A DNA stretch of 64,000 nt. Source: Lama guanicoe. Taxonomy: Eukaryota. The notes beneath the pieces were generated by a model. It was given only the letters and a program-made list of their open reading frames with translations, had not been told where the DNA came from and did no database searches. Each line of letters begins with the position of its first letter. The stretch's first letter is position 1. Location: assembly GCA_013239625.1 (NCBI GenBank), contig MU053933.1:374001-438000 (forward strand), given 5' to 3'. A program made the position numbers and the translations under genes. Shown here in pieces: positions 1-11,388 of this stretch.

Positions 1-360
1 GAGTCTCAAAATGTCTCCCTGCAAAACATTTATTAACTACAAAGGGGGGAAACATAGTGAAGAAGCCTGGCAGGAAAGAGCTCAGTCAAAGGATTAAAAT
101 TAATACCGTCGGTAACAGGACACACGGGAGTCGTGTGCCACCCATAGGCTGAAGTGGAAAGAGCACAGCCTCTGTGCTACTCTGGTTCAAAAATAAGTAA
201 CATAGTCTCGTCCTGAGAAAACACCAGACAAACTCCGGTTGAGGAAATCAAGGCGACTGGCCCCCCATCTTCAAAGTTATCAAGGCCGTAGGAGTCAGAC
301 AGGCTGAGGAATATTTCAGATCGAGGGAGACCAGAGAATACGGGACTGTCTGCATGCGGC
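1..360 (+). mobile_element. Old L1 (L1MC/L1MD-like) 3' region fragment
   Basis: Matches remembered L1M 3'UTR phrases (tttattaactacaaaggg...agcctggcag; gaaaacaccagacaaactcc...ttgagg). Confidence 0.6.
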
Positions 361-2354
361 AGGAAGGGAAAGTGAAAAACACAAGATGGGAGGGAAACAA
401 GCATGTTACTCCTTTACAAAATCGCAGACACACGTGAGCAGCGGCGCCTGCTGTCCCGACGACCCTAGTGACAGCTGCCCACGAGCTGCAGCTCTCCGAG
501 GTCCGCCGAGCCGCCCGCCCAGGCAGCCGGCCTCGCCGGCGTGACTGACGGGCGCTGCGGCTGTGCTGGGACCCCCCCCGCCCCGCCCCACCTCACAAAG
601 CCAGCCCAGCAGCACGAGGGTAGTGCATCTACAAAGCTGAAGGGGCTCGTCTACCTGATGCCTGCTGTTCGAACGTTTCCCTTCCTGCTTGGGCTTCCGG
701 AGAACCGTTTAAAAATTAAAATACACTTGGGGGTCTCTTATTGAGTAGCTGAATCAAAATCTGGGGATTATGTGCAGAAATATTCAGGAATTTTTCTTCT
801 AACATTTCCTAAAAAAAAAAAAAGGTCTGGTTGTTTCTGGTCTTTTTCAGGACTTTATTTTTTTGCTGTATTTATTTGTCAGACACTTAATAGGCCCCTT
901 CCCTGGTCCGGTCCTGCAAAGACAGAGACACGTAACAGCCCCTGCCCTCGGGCCCCTCCCAGTCTCGTGGCACAAACTGTGTGTGGGTCAGGGGGTAGAC
1001 AGTAAGGGGACAGTAGGAAGGGCTGTGTTGGGGTTTCGGGGGACACTCAGGAGGGCAATGGCTGGAGTGAGGAGCGGGTAGCTAGAGGTGGGGAGGTATT
1101 TCCTGGAGGAAGTGATGCCAACCGCAGCAAATGGGACCTAAGACCTTCAGCTGGGTGACAAGCAGGCAGGCATGGCTGTGAGGACCCTGCTGCGGAGGAT
1201 GGGGGCTGACAGCCAGCTCTGACAGCCCAGTTCACGCCACAGCAGGGCTGCACCAGGCTTTATTTTTAAAGTGCTTCTATGACAACGAGGGGAAACATTT
1301 TCTCCAGAGATCCGCCTTGTATGAGGAATACCTGCCACTCAACTTTCATGTTCATAAAGCCAAGATTTGGCCCCCAGCTGGGAAAGTATTACATGTTGGG
1401 ACACATGGCTTTGCCACCACAGAGTTTACTGTCTTGAGTGTGTGCCTAAGACCGAGGAGGCTGCCAGCAGGGCTGCAACAAGCCCAAACCTCAGAAAGCC
1501 TGTCATTACTAAGAACAAAGGGCAAACCTCAGTTTTTAAAGCAAAACAGTATTTGGTGGCAAATTGAACAGCAGGGCTAAAGTAGATTAAAATAAAGATT
1601 CAACCATTTATTCCCAGTGCCTTGTTCAAGAAACTTCTAGCCAGAGGCTCCCAAGAAAGGCTAGTTTGGGATATCAGGCAAGGAAAACAAAACCACCGGA
1701 AGGGGTTAGGGCACACGCAGGTGGAGGAACTGGCACCGTCACCCAGTGTGTCCCCTCTCCCTCCCCTGCGTCCAGCCAGCCCTCGGTGGCAATCTGACAC
1801 GCCCTCAGCTCTGCTCTTCACCCTATAGGGGAAGCTAATGTCACGCAAGTCAACACAGCTCAGTGTTTTGGAAGCATCTCATTGGAATGAAAACAGATGC
1901 TGCAACGTGGAATCCCTTAAATTATGAACAAAGCTACTGCATCGATTGCTATGCTGAAATGTCAACCAGGGTGCTAAACTCTTCCTTTTACGCATTTACC
2001 CCACGATCATTTGAAAAACCACTACTCTGAACAGAAAAAGGTGGCCAGGCAGACTGCTGCTTACGGGGTTTTAGTTACCACATATTTATGGGACTCAAAT
2101 GACTTAAGCTTTAGTGCAACTTGTATCACTAAGGTTCAAAACATACCAATGAGACCACGACTCAAAACAAAATACAGTACAAATTTATTGACTCCAATCA
2201 ATCTTAGTCAAGATTTAAGCAAAGTAAACAGACAATTGGATACAAATAAGCAATGGATTAACATCAGATAGAAGTCCTATTTTACTATGAATTTTTAGTC
2301 CGAAAAAGCTTATTCCTAAATAAAATTGAACAGTGATTTCTCTGCTAAGGCATA

Positions 2355-2414
2355 TAACAACAAAATACAATTATAAGACCACATTTGTTTTTCTTTTAGC
2401 AGTAAGCATTTATT
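2355..2414 (-). terminator. Polyadenylation signal AATAAA with downstream GU/U-rich element
   Basis: Plus-strand TTTATT at 2409-2414; about 40 nt further on the minus strand TGTATTTTGTTGTT (~2356-2370). Confidence 0.7.
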
Positions 2415-3048
2415 CAACGAAAATTCTGAAACAGCGTTGGATTAATGTCAACAGGAAATTATCACCTTTTGAAAATCAGTATTAACCAAGTGTAATTTTG
2501 TAGAAAATCTGGGCAGCACTGCTAAATGACTAAAATTCAATTATTTTAAAGATTTACAGTAAAATACTTTGGTTCCCAAATGACTCTCTACATGGAATTT
2601 TGAAAAAAACCTGACATTGACTCATTTTCCTCTCCTCCAGAATCTAAACACGGACCGTTGAGGTTCTCCCCAGTCACGTGGCAAGGCGGCAGGCTAGGGC
2701 ACACACCGGGAAGCCCTGAGCGGCAGGCCAAGAACTATGCAAACGCCAATCTTAAAGTGCTAAAGCCACAAGGGAAAAACCAATTTGTAAAACTTAAAAA
2801 AAAGCCAGTGTTAAAGAACTTATTAAAGAATACGTATTAGCATTATTTACATCAATAATGCTTTTCACAATTATTGCAAAAAACATCAATGAGACATCAG
2901 AAGTGGGGAAGCTGACTCATAATATTCCAGTATTAATTAGTGCAATTTATAAAGAAACAGGTTATGAATGACATCTAAGTATTTTTGTAGTAAGAAAATT
3001 AAGGTAATTTTACTTGCTGAAGTTCCAGAATCCGGTAGCACATACGCG

Positions 3049-3092
<44 letters not shown>

Positions 3093-6000
3093 CTGAGGGA
3101 ACAAAGGCCGACTTGGATCAGCCCACCCGTCTCCCCCTCACCCGACCGCCCAGTTGGCCTGAAGACATCTCTCACCTCCACCAAAGGGCATATGTTAATC
3201 CTGTCTTGGTTTCTACTCTCAGCACCAGTGGGTGTAGATGCTCACCGATTAGGCGCTGGGACTTATTTTTTAAGAGAAGGCTATGATGATCCGTTCTAAA
3301 ACAGAAAACCAAGAATCGCATCCATCTCCCCACAAAGGCAAACAGCATCACTATCAAATTGTGAGTTGAATATTTTAACAGAATTGTAAACGTATATACT
3401 AACCGTAACTAGCTTTAAGGTGAATGTTCTATTACCTCTAATATTAATTTAAATATTACTATAAAAATGCACACTGTTACTTCCATTGCTTACTTTGAAA
3501 AACACACACTTTTCGTGGTGTTCCTCCCTCCCCCACGAAGGAAAGGATTCAACAGCAAGTTTTCAGGTTAACAAAGAATATATTAAAACATCTGACATTC
3601 TTTCCACAACTGCATAAAAAAGCAGGCACCCTGAATACTTACAAGGAATAATGACCTTTCTACATTTTCAAAAATTAATTACAATCAGAAAAAAACATTT
3701 TCAAGAATATCTTTACTAGCTAATACGTTTCAGCAAGAAAAGACCAACCTGTCTTAAGCCAAGTATTTGCCCACTGGCTGAGATAAACATTCTTAAAAAA
3801 ACCTGTTTACTGAACGAAGTAATTAACATGTCTTTCATTATTTCATAGTTTACATCTTAACATTTAAAATAGTTGAATGAGTGGAAGCATATTTTTTGAC
3901 CACCAAAATAAACTCTTTCAGCTTAATGCTTTTAAAGTACAGTATAAAAAGTAATAGAAAAACCAGAACTGCATTATAAATGTTTTTGGTTCAAAACTTT
4001 ATTTGAAATCTTATGTTCCTTGCCTAGACAAAAATGTGAACAAGACAAAACACTGGCAATTTTTAAAATCTAACAGATATGCAGAGCCTATATTTAGATC
4101 AAAAATACTTTCTGTACTAATTAATGTTATTAAAAATCTTCAAAAATGTAGCATAAAGGTTCAGTTCCTGGGATGCTGAATTTACAGTGCCAGCATCCTG
4201 CGTATCATGGAATTACTAATAAGTAATGACCACTCTGAAGGAAACTGTATTCTGAAGTGACAGCTCCCAGGGTGTTCAGAGTAAGAATTCACATAAAATC
4301 ATATGCTTTAGTTTTGTCTTTAAAATGCATAGATTTCTTCAAGAAAATGTAAAGATGGTAATCATTGACAACTGCAACTTAATTTTACTTTTTCCATCAA
4401 ATTTAAGAACAAAAATAGGACCACACGAACATCTGGGGACTTCTGATAGTTTCCAAATGAAAGAATAAAAGGCAAGATTTCTAAGCCAATTAGAAATGTG
4501 TAAGAATGCTTGTGTTTCGACAAGAAAGTGAGAGTACCTTTCCTACCACCTGTCTGGAGCGCGGGGCCATGTGGGTGAGGACAGGGTGCTTCCTGCCACA
4601 GTGCCGATCCACGTATGCAGCAGAGTATTTCTTAGTCACAGGAGTTGACTTTGTTATTTGAAATAGCTTGCGAAAAAAAAAAAAGAATTCAGTAAACTTG
4701 GAGGCTTACTCCATCACGGCCTTAAAAGGAGTTAGGGGCTTCGGCAGTATTTCTACTTTACGTATCTAACCTCCCTACTAGTGCAGTGATTTTTTTTTCC
4801 TTTTGAAACACCCCACTGAACTTTGGATTACACCTACTGAAAGGCTTTGAATTACAACCTACACAAAACAGGTAAAAAAAGAAACCCAGACCCTATGGGA
4901 CAAAATAAATAGCAAAAATGACTTTTGGACCCTTGAGAGTGCTTTAATACATATGTATGAAATATTCAGCAACGACTTAAAGCAGAATGGTTTCACTGCG
5001 AACGTTCTATCACGATAAATTCCAAAAAATTCTACAGAAATCACAGGGCAAAGAAGGCAGGAAAACTGATTACCATAAATACTGTTCTTGAAGAGCATGT
5101 GGAGAACGCAGTGTGGTTTCTCCCTCTGCTTCAAGTCCCAGGAAGCAAAAGGTACTTTGGGATTCAGAGCAGCTGTACTCACTCTAGGGGGGCCTGGGCG
5201 CTATGTAAATCTTCATCCCAACCTTGTTACACTAATGTTGTTATTAGTGCCATGTGCTACCTTTGTATTTTGCCCCCAGTACACTCAGATTTTCAATCTG
5301 GGACAGCACAGACTTGGGGGAGCAAACACGCACAGCCCTTCAGTGCTGGTATGAATTCAGAGCCTAGACCACTGTGCCCAGGGAGCCCGCCGCTGCCGGG
5401 GATTTGGAAACTGACGTACAGGGGCTTCCGGAAATCTTACTGTTTTCATTCCCCAAGTCTTCCGTCACTAATTATAAGAAATGACTCAAGAGCCAGTTTT
5501 TTGTTATTTTATAAAAATCTAAGTATTACTATTGCTGATTTAAATTTCTCACAATTTTCATACCAAAAAAAAGAGTTCTACATGACCACAAAATACCAAA
5601 TATTTATTTTTATCAAGTGTCAGGATAACTTATTAAAGTTGAGGTTTATCACTTTTTTTTTTATTGCTGAAGGACTCTTAAGATTTTAATCAATACTGCA
5701 AACTACTCCACTTCGTTCTGACATGTTTGACTTAAGAACATGGCTAAGATTTAACTAGAACTTAGGTGTTGTCTTAATATAATTAAAAGAAGAAACACTG
5801 TCACAGTGTTTCTCTAATTGCAAACCAGTGGAAAAAACAAACCACCTCAAGTAAAAGATTATACTGACACCATGGAGTGAGGAACCATGCAAACAACCAA
5901 GAACAAATTTCAACATCAATGAAGTCAAATCATCCTGTGACTGTAAGGTCCAGAAGCACAATATTTTTTAGTTTTTTTCTAGGTTGAGTAAGGACATTAC

Positions 6001-6160
6001 AAATTAATATCAGTTTACCGCAAACATATTCAAGCATAACAATTTCCTACTTTTATTATTCTTTTTCAAAAATATTTTGTTTCTTATGACACAGTTCACA
6101 ATTCGGGCTGAAATCTGGAGACCGGCTCCCAGCTCCTAACGGGTGAGGGGGGACGGTCTT
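2390..6160 (-). other. ZBTB21: ZBTB21 3'UTR (~3.8 kb)
   Basis: AT-rich, largely repeat-free sequence following the stop codon, ending after AATAAA at 2414-2409. Confidence 0.75.
3045..3090. repeat. Compound microsatellite (CG)6(CA)17
   Basis: Directly visible. Confidence 0.97.
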
Positions 6161-9100
6161 CTAATTGTGGGTTTGTTCATGACTCCAGAGACTAAACGCC
6201 GTCTTGAATGTTCTGTGGCAAAGTTTGCACATAAACTGCCTCTTAAACGTGATGGCGGAGAGGGGGGGTGCGTGGTAAAAGAGCGTGTCCGATTCCTGGG
6301 GCACAAACAGTTTCTCGGTGGCGGGAGCGGGGTTTTCGGACAGGCCGGTCGGGCTGTCGGGCTCCAGGGGCTGGATCCTGGGCAGCGGCGGGGGCGGGGG
6401 CAGCGGGGGCGGCGACGGGGAGTTGGTGGGGACGGGGCACAGCTCAGAGTCCTTGTGCGCCGGGTCCTCCGCGGCCTGAGACATGTGGGACTGGAAGTGA
6501 CTCCAGAGCCGAAAGTTGGTGCGAAAAGCTTTGTTGCACACGTGGCAGATGAAGGGCTTCACGGAGCACAGGAGCTCCTGGTGCCGCTCCAGCTGCTTGT
6601 GCGCGGGGAACGTCTTGCCGCACTTCTCGCAGGGCCACAGGCCAGAGTCCTGGCCGGGGGCCGCCTCCTTGGGGGCGGCGCTGGCCTCGGGCACCGCCTC
6701 CTCCTCAGCCTCCTCCACCGGCTCCTCTTTGACCTGGATCTTCAGCTGCCTGGAGAGGCTGAGGTCTTCGGGGAGGCAGGAGGAGTCCTCCGAGTCGAAG
6801 TTGACTTGCTCCGAGCAGTCGCTGAACGCGTTGTCATCCTTGGCGGCGGGCGCGTGGTTGGCTTTGCCGGGCTCGGCCTGGGCCTGGGGCCTGGCGGGGC
6901 CGCTCACCTCGCCGTTGTGGTCCAGCGCGGGCAGGGAGAGGTCCTCGGCCGGCGCCATGGTGTTCTGGTTGTGCACCTCCACCTGGTGCCGCCAGATGCT
7001 GAAGGAGGACTTGAAAGTGCGCATGCACTCCAGGCACGTCAGCTTCTTGTACTCACACTTACCCTCGTGCTCGTGCTTGAGCTCGGGCGAAAAAAACCTA
7101 AGGCTGCAGTAAGGGCAAACGGTGGCGTTTCGGCACAAGCGCTCGTGGTTCCCTTGTTCTAGAAGAGAAGAGAGCTTAGCGTTACAGAGGCGGCACTGGT
7201 AAACCTCCGAGCTCCCTACGGGGCTCTCGGGAGCGGCGCGCTCCTTCGGCTTAGCGGCTCTGTTTACTCCAAGGGGCTTTTCTCCCGGGTGCATCTTTAT
7301 GTGCTGTTTGAACTGAGAGAGGAAGCGATAGGCTTTTCCACAGTACGTACAAATGTACGCTCCTTTGGCTCGGGATCGCAAGTTCCTCTTGATGACTTGT
7401 GCTTGGGAACTAGTCTGGCCCTGGAAGCCAGGCTTCCCGCGCCTGAGCTTAATGATCAGGGCCTTCTTAATCTCTCGCTCCCTTACTATGTCAATCAGCT
7501 TTCTTTGGAATTTTTCATCCAAAACGGCATGTGAACTAGAGGCTGGAGACGGGTTCTTCACTATGCCGTGCTGGGTCTGACAGTGTGTCCACACTTTGAA
7601 GTTGGTGTGAAACCGCTTGTGACAGATGTCGCAAGCGTAGGGCTTTTCGGGGTTATGGTACATGTTAATGTGCCGGTGCAGACCTGCTGTGGATCTAAAG
7701 ATCTTAAGGCAATGTTTGCATTTAAATTTTTTGTTTGGTCTCGTTCCCTCCAACTCACCAAATTCGTCCCTATTCAAGTCCGAATCTGGGAAGTCGGCCT
7801 GGAGGAGAGTGGGGCTGGCGCCTGCCTCAAAATGGTCTTCCGGCCCCGGAGACCCGTGCTCGTCCGCCCTCAGCTTCTTGACCGGCAGCCTCCGGTCCGC
7901 CTGGAACCTCCTCTTCGCCGGGAGCCGGCTCATGTCCTTTGGGTCGTCCTCTGTCTTCAGAGCGAGGTCCCTAGCGCCGGCAGAGGCGGCCGAGGCGTCC
8001 CCCACGGTGACACGGATGATGTCGGAGGGCTCGGGGGGGCTGTGCGGCTCGGCCTTGACCCGCACCTCCACGGCGGGGGGCGCGCCCTCCCGCGCGGCCG
8101 GCTGGGAGGCGCTGAAGGACCGGAGGCGGTGCGGCTGCGGGGCCGGCCGGTCGTCCGGGGCCACCCTCTCGTTGCACTCTTTCACCGAAGCCTTTTGAGA
8201 TAACGCACCGAGTGCGTTCCCTGCTGCGTCGCCGGCCACCGAAGAGGGTCCCAGGGGAGACGTCAAGTCTACCGAGGGCGCGTACACGGGAACCTGGCTG
8301 TCCATCGACAGGGACCGCCGCAGCAGGCTCTTCACCAGCGGGCCGCTCCGGTCGATGCTCTGGTTCCCGGGGCCCGGCCCGCCGGACGGGATCACCAGCC
8401 CCAGCTTCGAGTAATACAGCAAGTTCCGATCCTCGCCCGGGCCGCCCCCTTTGCTGGTTTCCTTCAGCAGGTAGGGCGTCTCAGGCGAGCTCCGCAGAGA
8501 CAGGACGGGCGGCCGCGGCCTCCTGAGGGCCAGCGCTATGGCTCTGCCTTTGGGGAGCGGCGCCCCGGCGGCCGGCTTATCGTCCAGCGCCTCCCGGTCC
8601 GGCAGAGGCTTGGGAGGCAGCGCCGCGGTCCGTTTGGCCGGGCCGCTGCGGGGCGGCTCCTCCGAAGAGCCGGCGTGCTCCGGGGGCTGGGCCGGGCCCA
8701 GCCCGCGAGGCCCGGGAAGGGCCGGGAGGCGTGGCTGAGGTCGGGCTGCCCCTGGCTGACGGGCTTTCCCTGCGCCTCGCTTCGGCCCTGGCACACTATG
8801 ACGCTCCTCTTCTGAGAGCTGTTCTCATCCTCCTCCGCGAGCGCCTTCCTTCTGCTGGGACACGCGGGGAAGGGGGCCTGGGGGCTCTTGGAGGCGATGT
8901 TAGTCAGAAAGGAAATCCCAAGGCTGTAGCCCAGTTCTTGCACGGCGGCAAGGCTGCTTTTCTCAACAAACAAAGATGACGAATAGATGTAGTTCAAAAC
9001 ATTGTCAAAAGCATCTGGCTCACAAAAGTCAAGCTGGAATACAGTCTGTGTCTCGTTCTCCTTATTTGTGAATAAACTCTGGAAGTATTCACTGCTGGCG

Positions 9101-9246
9101 GCCAAGACGTTTTTATGAGCACGAAACTTCTGGTCCCCCACGATCAGAAGCACGTCGCACAGCTGCCCTTTGAGGCGCTCCTCGTTGAGCGCGCTGAGGA
9201 GGGAGATGGCGTGCGCCGGGTTGATGTAATGCAGGAGTCCCTCCAT
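6161..9246 (-). CDS. ZBTB21: Zinc finger and BTB domain-containing protein 21 (ZNF295); single coding exon, frame broken at ~8703 in this sequence
   Basis: ATG at 9246 in strong Kozak context (GCGCC ATG G) starts MEGLLHYINPAHAISLLSALNEERLKGQLCDVLLIVG (BTB/POZ). The second frame carries nine C2H2/C2HC fingers and ends SLWSHEQTHN-TAG at 6161. The span is 3086 nt, not a multiple of 3. Confidence 0.97.
7159..7758 (-). other. ZBTB21: In-frame exonic intron (exitron) within the ZBTB21 coding exon, 600 nt
   Basis: Donor TTG|GTGAGT at 7758; acceptor CTCTCTTCTCTTCTAG|AA at 7159 with branch-like CTGTAAC/GCTAAG just upstream; length 600 = 200 codons; junction reads DEF-EQGNH. Confidence 0.85.
8896..9246 (-). 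other. ZBTB21: BTB/POZ domain-coding segment of ZBTB21
   Basis: LCDVLLIVGDQKFRAHKNVLAASSEYFQSLF...FDNVLNYIYSSSL is a canonical BTB signature; boundaries approximate. Confidence 0.93.
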
Positions 9247-9259
9247 GGCGCGCGCTCGT

Positions 9260-9285
9260 CTGGAAGACAAACGTGAGATCACCGT
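9260..9285 (-). other. ZBTB21: Splice acceptor of the ZBTB21 coding exon
   Basis: Minus strand reads TCTCACGTTTGTCTTCCAG|ACGAGCGCGCGCCATG; the exon starts at 9259, 13 nt before the ATG. Confidence 0.9.
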
Positions 9286-10134
9286 GAGCAACGCGGGAGG
9301 AGCGCTCCCCGAGAGCGGCCCGAGGGCAGGGGCGTCGAAGGTGCCAATGTGCAGCAGGTTGTCGGCGGCGGAGGAAAGCTTTCTGGATAAACAATCTTAT
9401 TTAAATAACACGGAAAATATAAAGAAACCAGTCTCATGGCTTAAGTAGGTCGTCAATGATTAAAATGGAAGAATTTTGGGAACTAAAGACTGTAACTATC
9501 TGCTGTGAATCTAAAACTGCTCTAAAAAATAGTCTATTAATTAAAAAAAAAAAAGAAAAAAGAAAAGACCGTAACTAAAGGCATTTTCATACCATCCAAA
9601 AGGCTTCCAGAACTTGGCAGGTATGCAGAGAAGCAATATTTGAAAACAGGGTTTACTATTTAGCGTTCTTATCCATTTGATGTTTAATTCTATTCCTTAT
9701 TAGCTCAGAGAGTAAGCATAAAGTAGTGAACCCCCTAGAGTCCATAATTCTGAAAGGAAATCAGTTTTATTACTGGATATGATTAAACACAGCATGAATT
9801 AACAATAGGCTATAATGTAGAGGTCTCAGGTGGACCTTTAACAATAGGTAAGGATTTGGAAAGAGAGAAATCATTTGCTAATTACTGCTGCATCAAAGTG
9901 TTTAACAAAGCTATTAGAAATGTTAAACAATAAGAGTTTGTTTTCTTTTTTATGCTAAATACCTTGCAATCTGAATACTATTTTCTTACCAAATTACACT
10001 TTCAACAATAGCACAATGGAACCTTTAGCCTGGATCTAAGCTTAATTATCCTAATTCTAAACTAAGGGATAATGGCTTGAAATTTCACTGAAATTCTCTT
10101 CAAGTCTAAAGGTAAGACATGAAGGCCTAGGGGC

Positions 10135-10330
10135 TGAGTGCAGGCTCCGCCCGGATGCTGGGGTTGAACTGCTGGCTCCTCCCCTGTGGAGGACTCCCGT
10201 CTCTAATGAGCAGGTCCCTCACCTGAAATGGGTAACAGGTGTGTGTCCTTTAGGGCTGTTACAAAGATGAAATGAGCCTGTATCTCACACCTAGTAAGGA
10301 CTTGACAAATGTGCAATTAATTTTCTGAAA
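10135..10330 (+). mobile_element. Degraded MIR SINE
   Basis: Weak MIR core (ctcacctgaaatgggtaaca...agggctgttacaaagatgaaatgag). Confidence 0.5.
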
Positions 10331-11388
10331 CAGCAGGATTAGTAGATATTTAACTCAGAATAAAAGAAAAAGGGCCCAGATAACCCGAGCCATGCTCCTG
10401 ACAGAGATGAAGTCATTTCACACAGAGACAACGCTTGACTCTCTGAATCTGACCCTTTACTTAGGCCGCTGCTACCATAAAGCCTCATCTCTTCGGCTTG
10501 GTCTTACAGTGCCATCTGCTCTTTAAAATAGCTATGACATCTATTTTTAATATTAAAATGGATTCAGAGTAAGACCACTTGGACAGCTTTACCATCCTTC
10601 AGGGCAGGCCACAGATGCCCCGAACATGGTGCCCAGCACGCCCGCAGGCTCCCCTCGGGGTTCCAAGCAGCACTCTTCACAGGAACCTGCAGAGAAGAGT
10701 TTGCCAGGCCACTGCCTGGAGTGACTGCCAGAGCCACAGGCTTCGATGCCCTGCGGGCTCTCCGTTGTGGTGCTGACGTCACTTAACTGACCCAGAGGCA
10801 TGACTTCGCCTCCAGGGGCGAAGCCTGGAGCCTCGTCCACAGACAGCGGCCTTGGTCAGCCTGCGCTGAGGTTCTGCTCACTCCTGCCCCGCCACCGTTC
10901 ATGTCAGTGCTGAGCGCCTCAAGGGGGTATCTTCCCTCCCTTTCCCTTTCGTCAGCCATCTTAATCTCTCCCTTAAACCTTCTCTACTGTCTTTGTAATC
11001 ACACATCTGTTTATGCGCAAAGAAACCCCTCTCATCATTTACAGAGGCCAGCAGAGAAATCGCTTATAATGCTACACTCATCAACTCAGCATCCTGAACA
11101 CTATTTTTAGTGCGAGTAATTTTTGAGAAAGCTAGCTCCGATGGTGCCACTGGGAAAAGCAACAGATGCAGAATCAAAAGCTTGGACAAGTACTTTTTAA
11201 AAGGGTTTCTTAAAATCAATTTGTGGTTTGAAATGAGCAATTAAAAAATGACTAGGGCAGAGTAGAAAAAGTCAGAATATCTCAAACGTAGTTAAGGCTG
11301 ACTATGATCTTGTGAAACTCTCTGGTCTTTTCAGTTATATGCATACATTTCCACACATGTAAGTAAGTGGGCACTGGGTTGAGATGTA

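Noticed and set aside
5099..5689. 196-aa plus-strand ORF
   Set aside because: Antisense to the 3'UTR, GTG start, no domain features.
6143..8203. Long plus-strand ORFs (339, 198, 211 and 178 aa) antisense to ZBTB21
   Set aside because: Shadow ORFs expected from high GC3 codon usage on the opposite strand; low-complexity translations with no recognisable domain.
6161..8794. 877-aa ORF as a separate gene with its own start
   Set aside because: It starts at a GTG inside sequence coding in another frame; it is the downstream half of frameshifted ZBTB21.
9247..9291. N-terminal extension MLTVISRLSSRRARA from the ORF track
   Set aside because: Non-ATG start, and it crosses the splice acceptor at 9260 into intron sequence.
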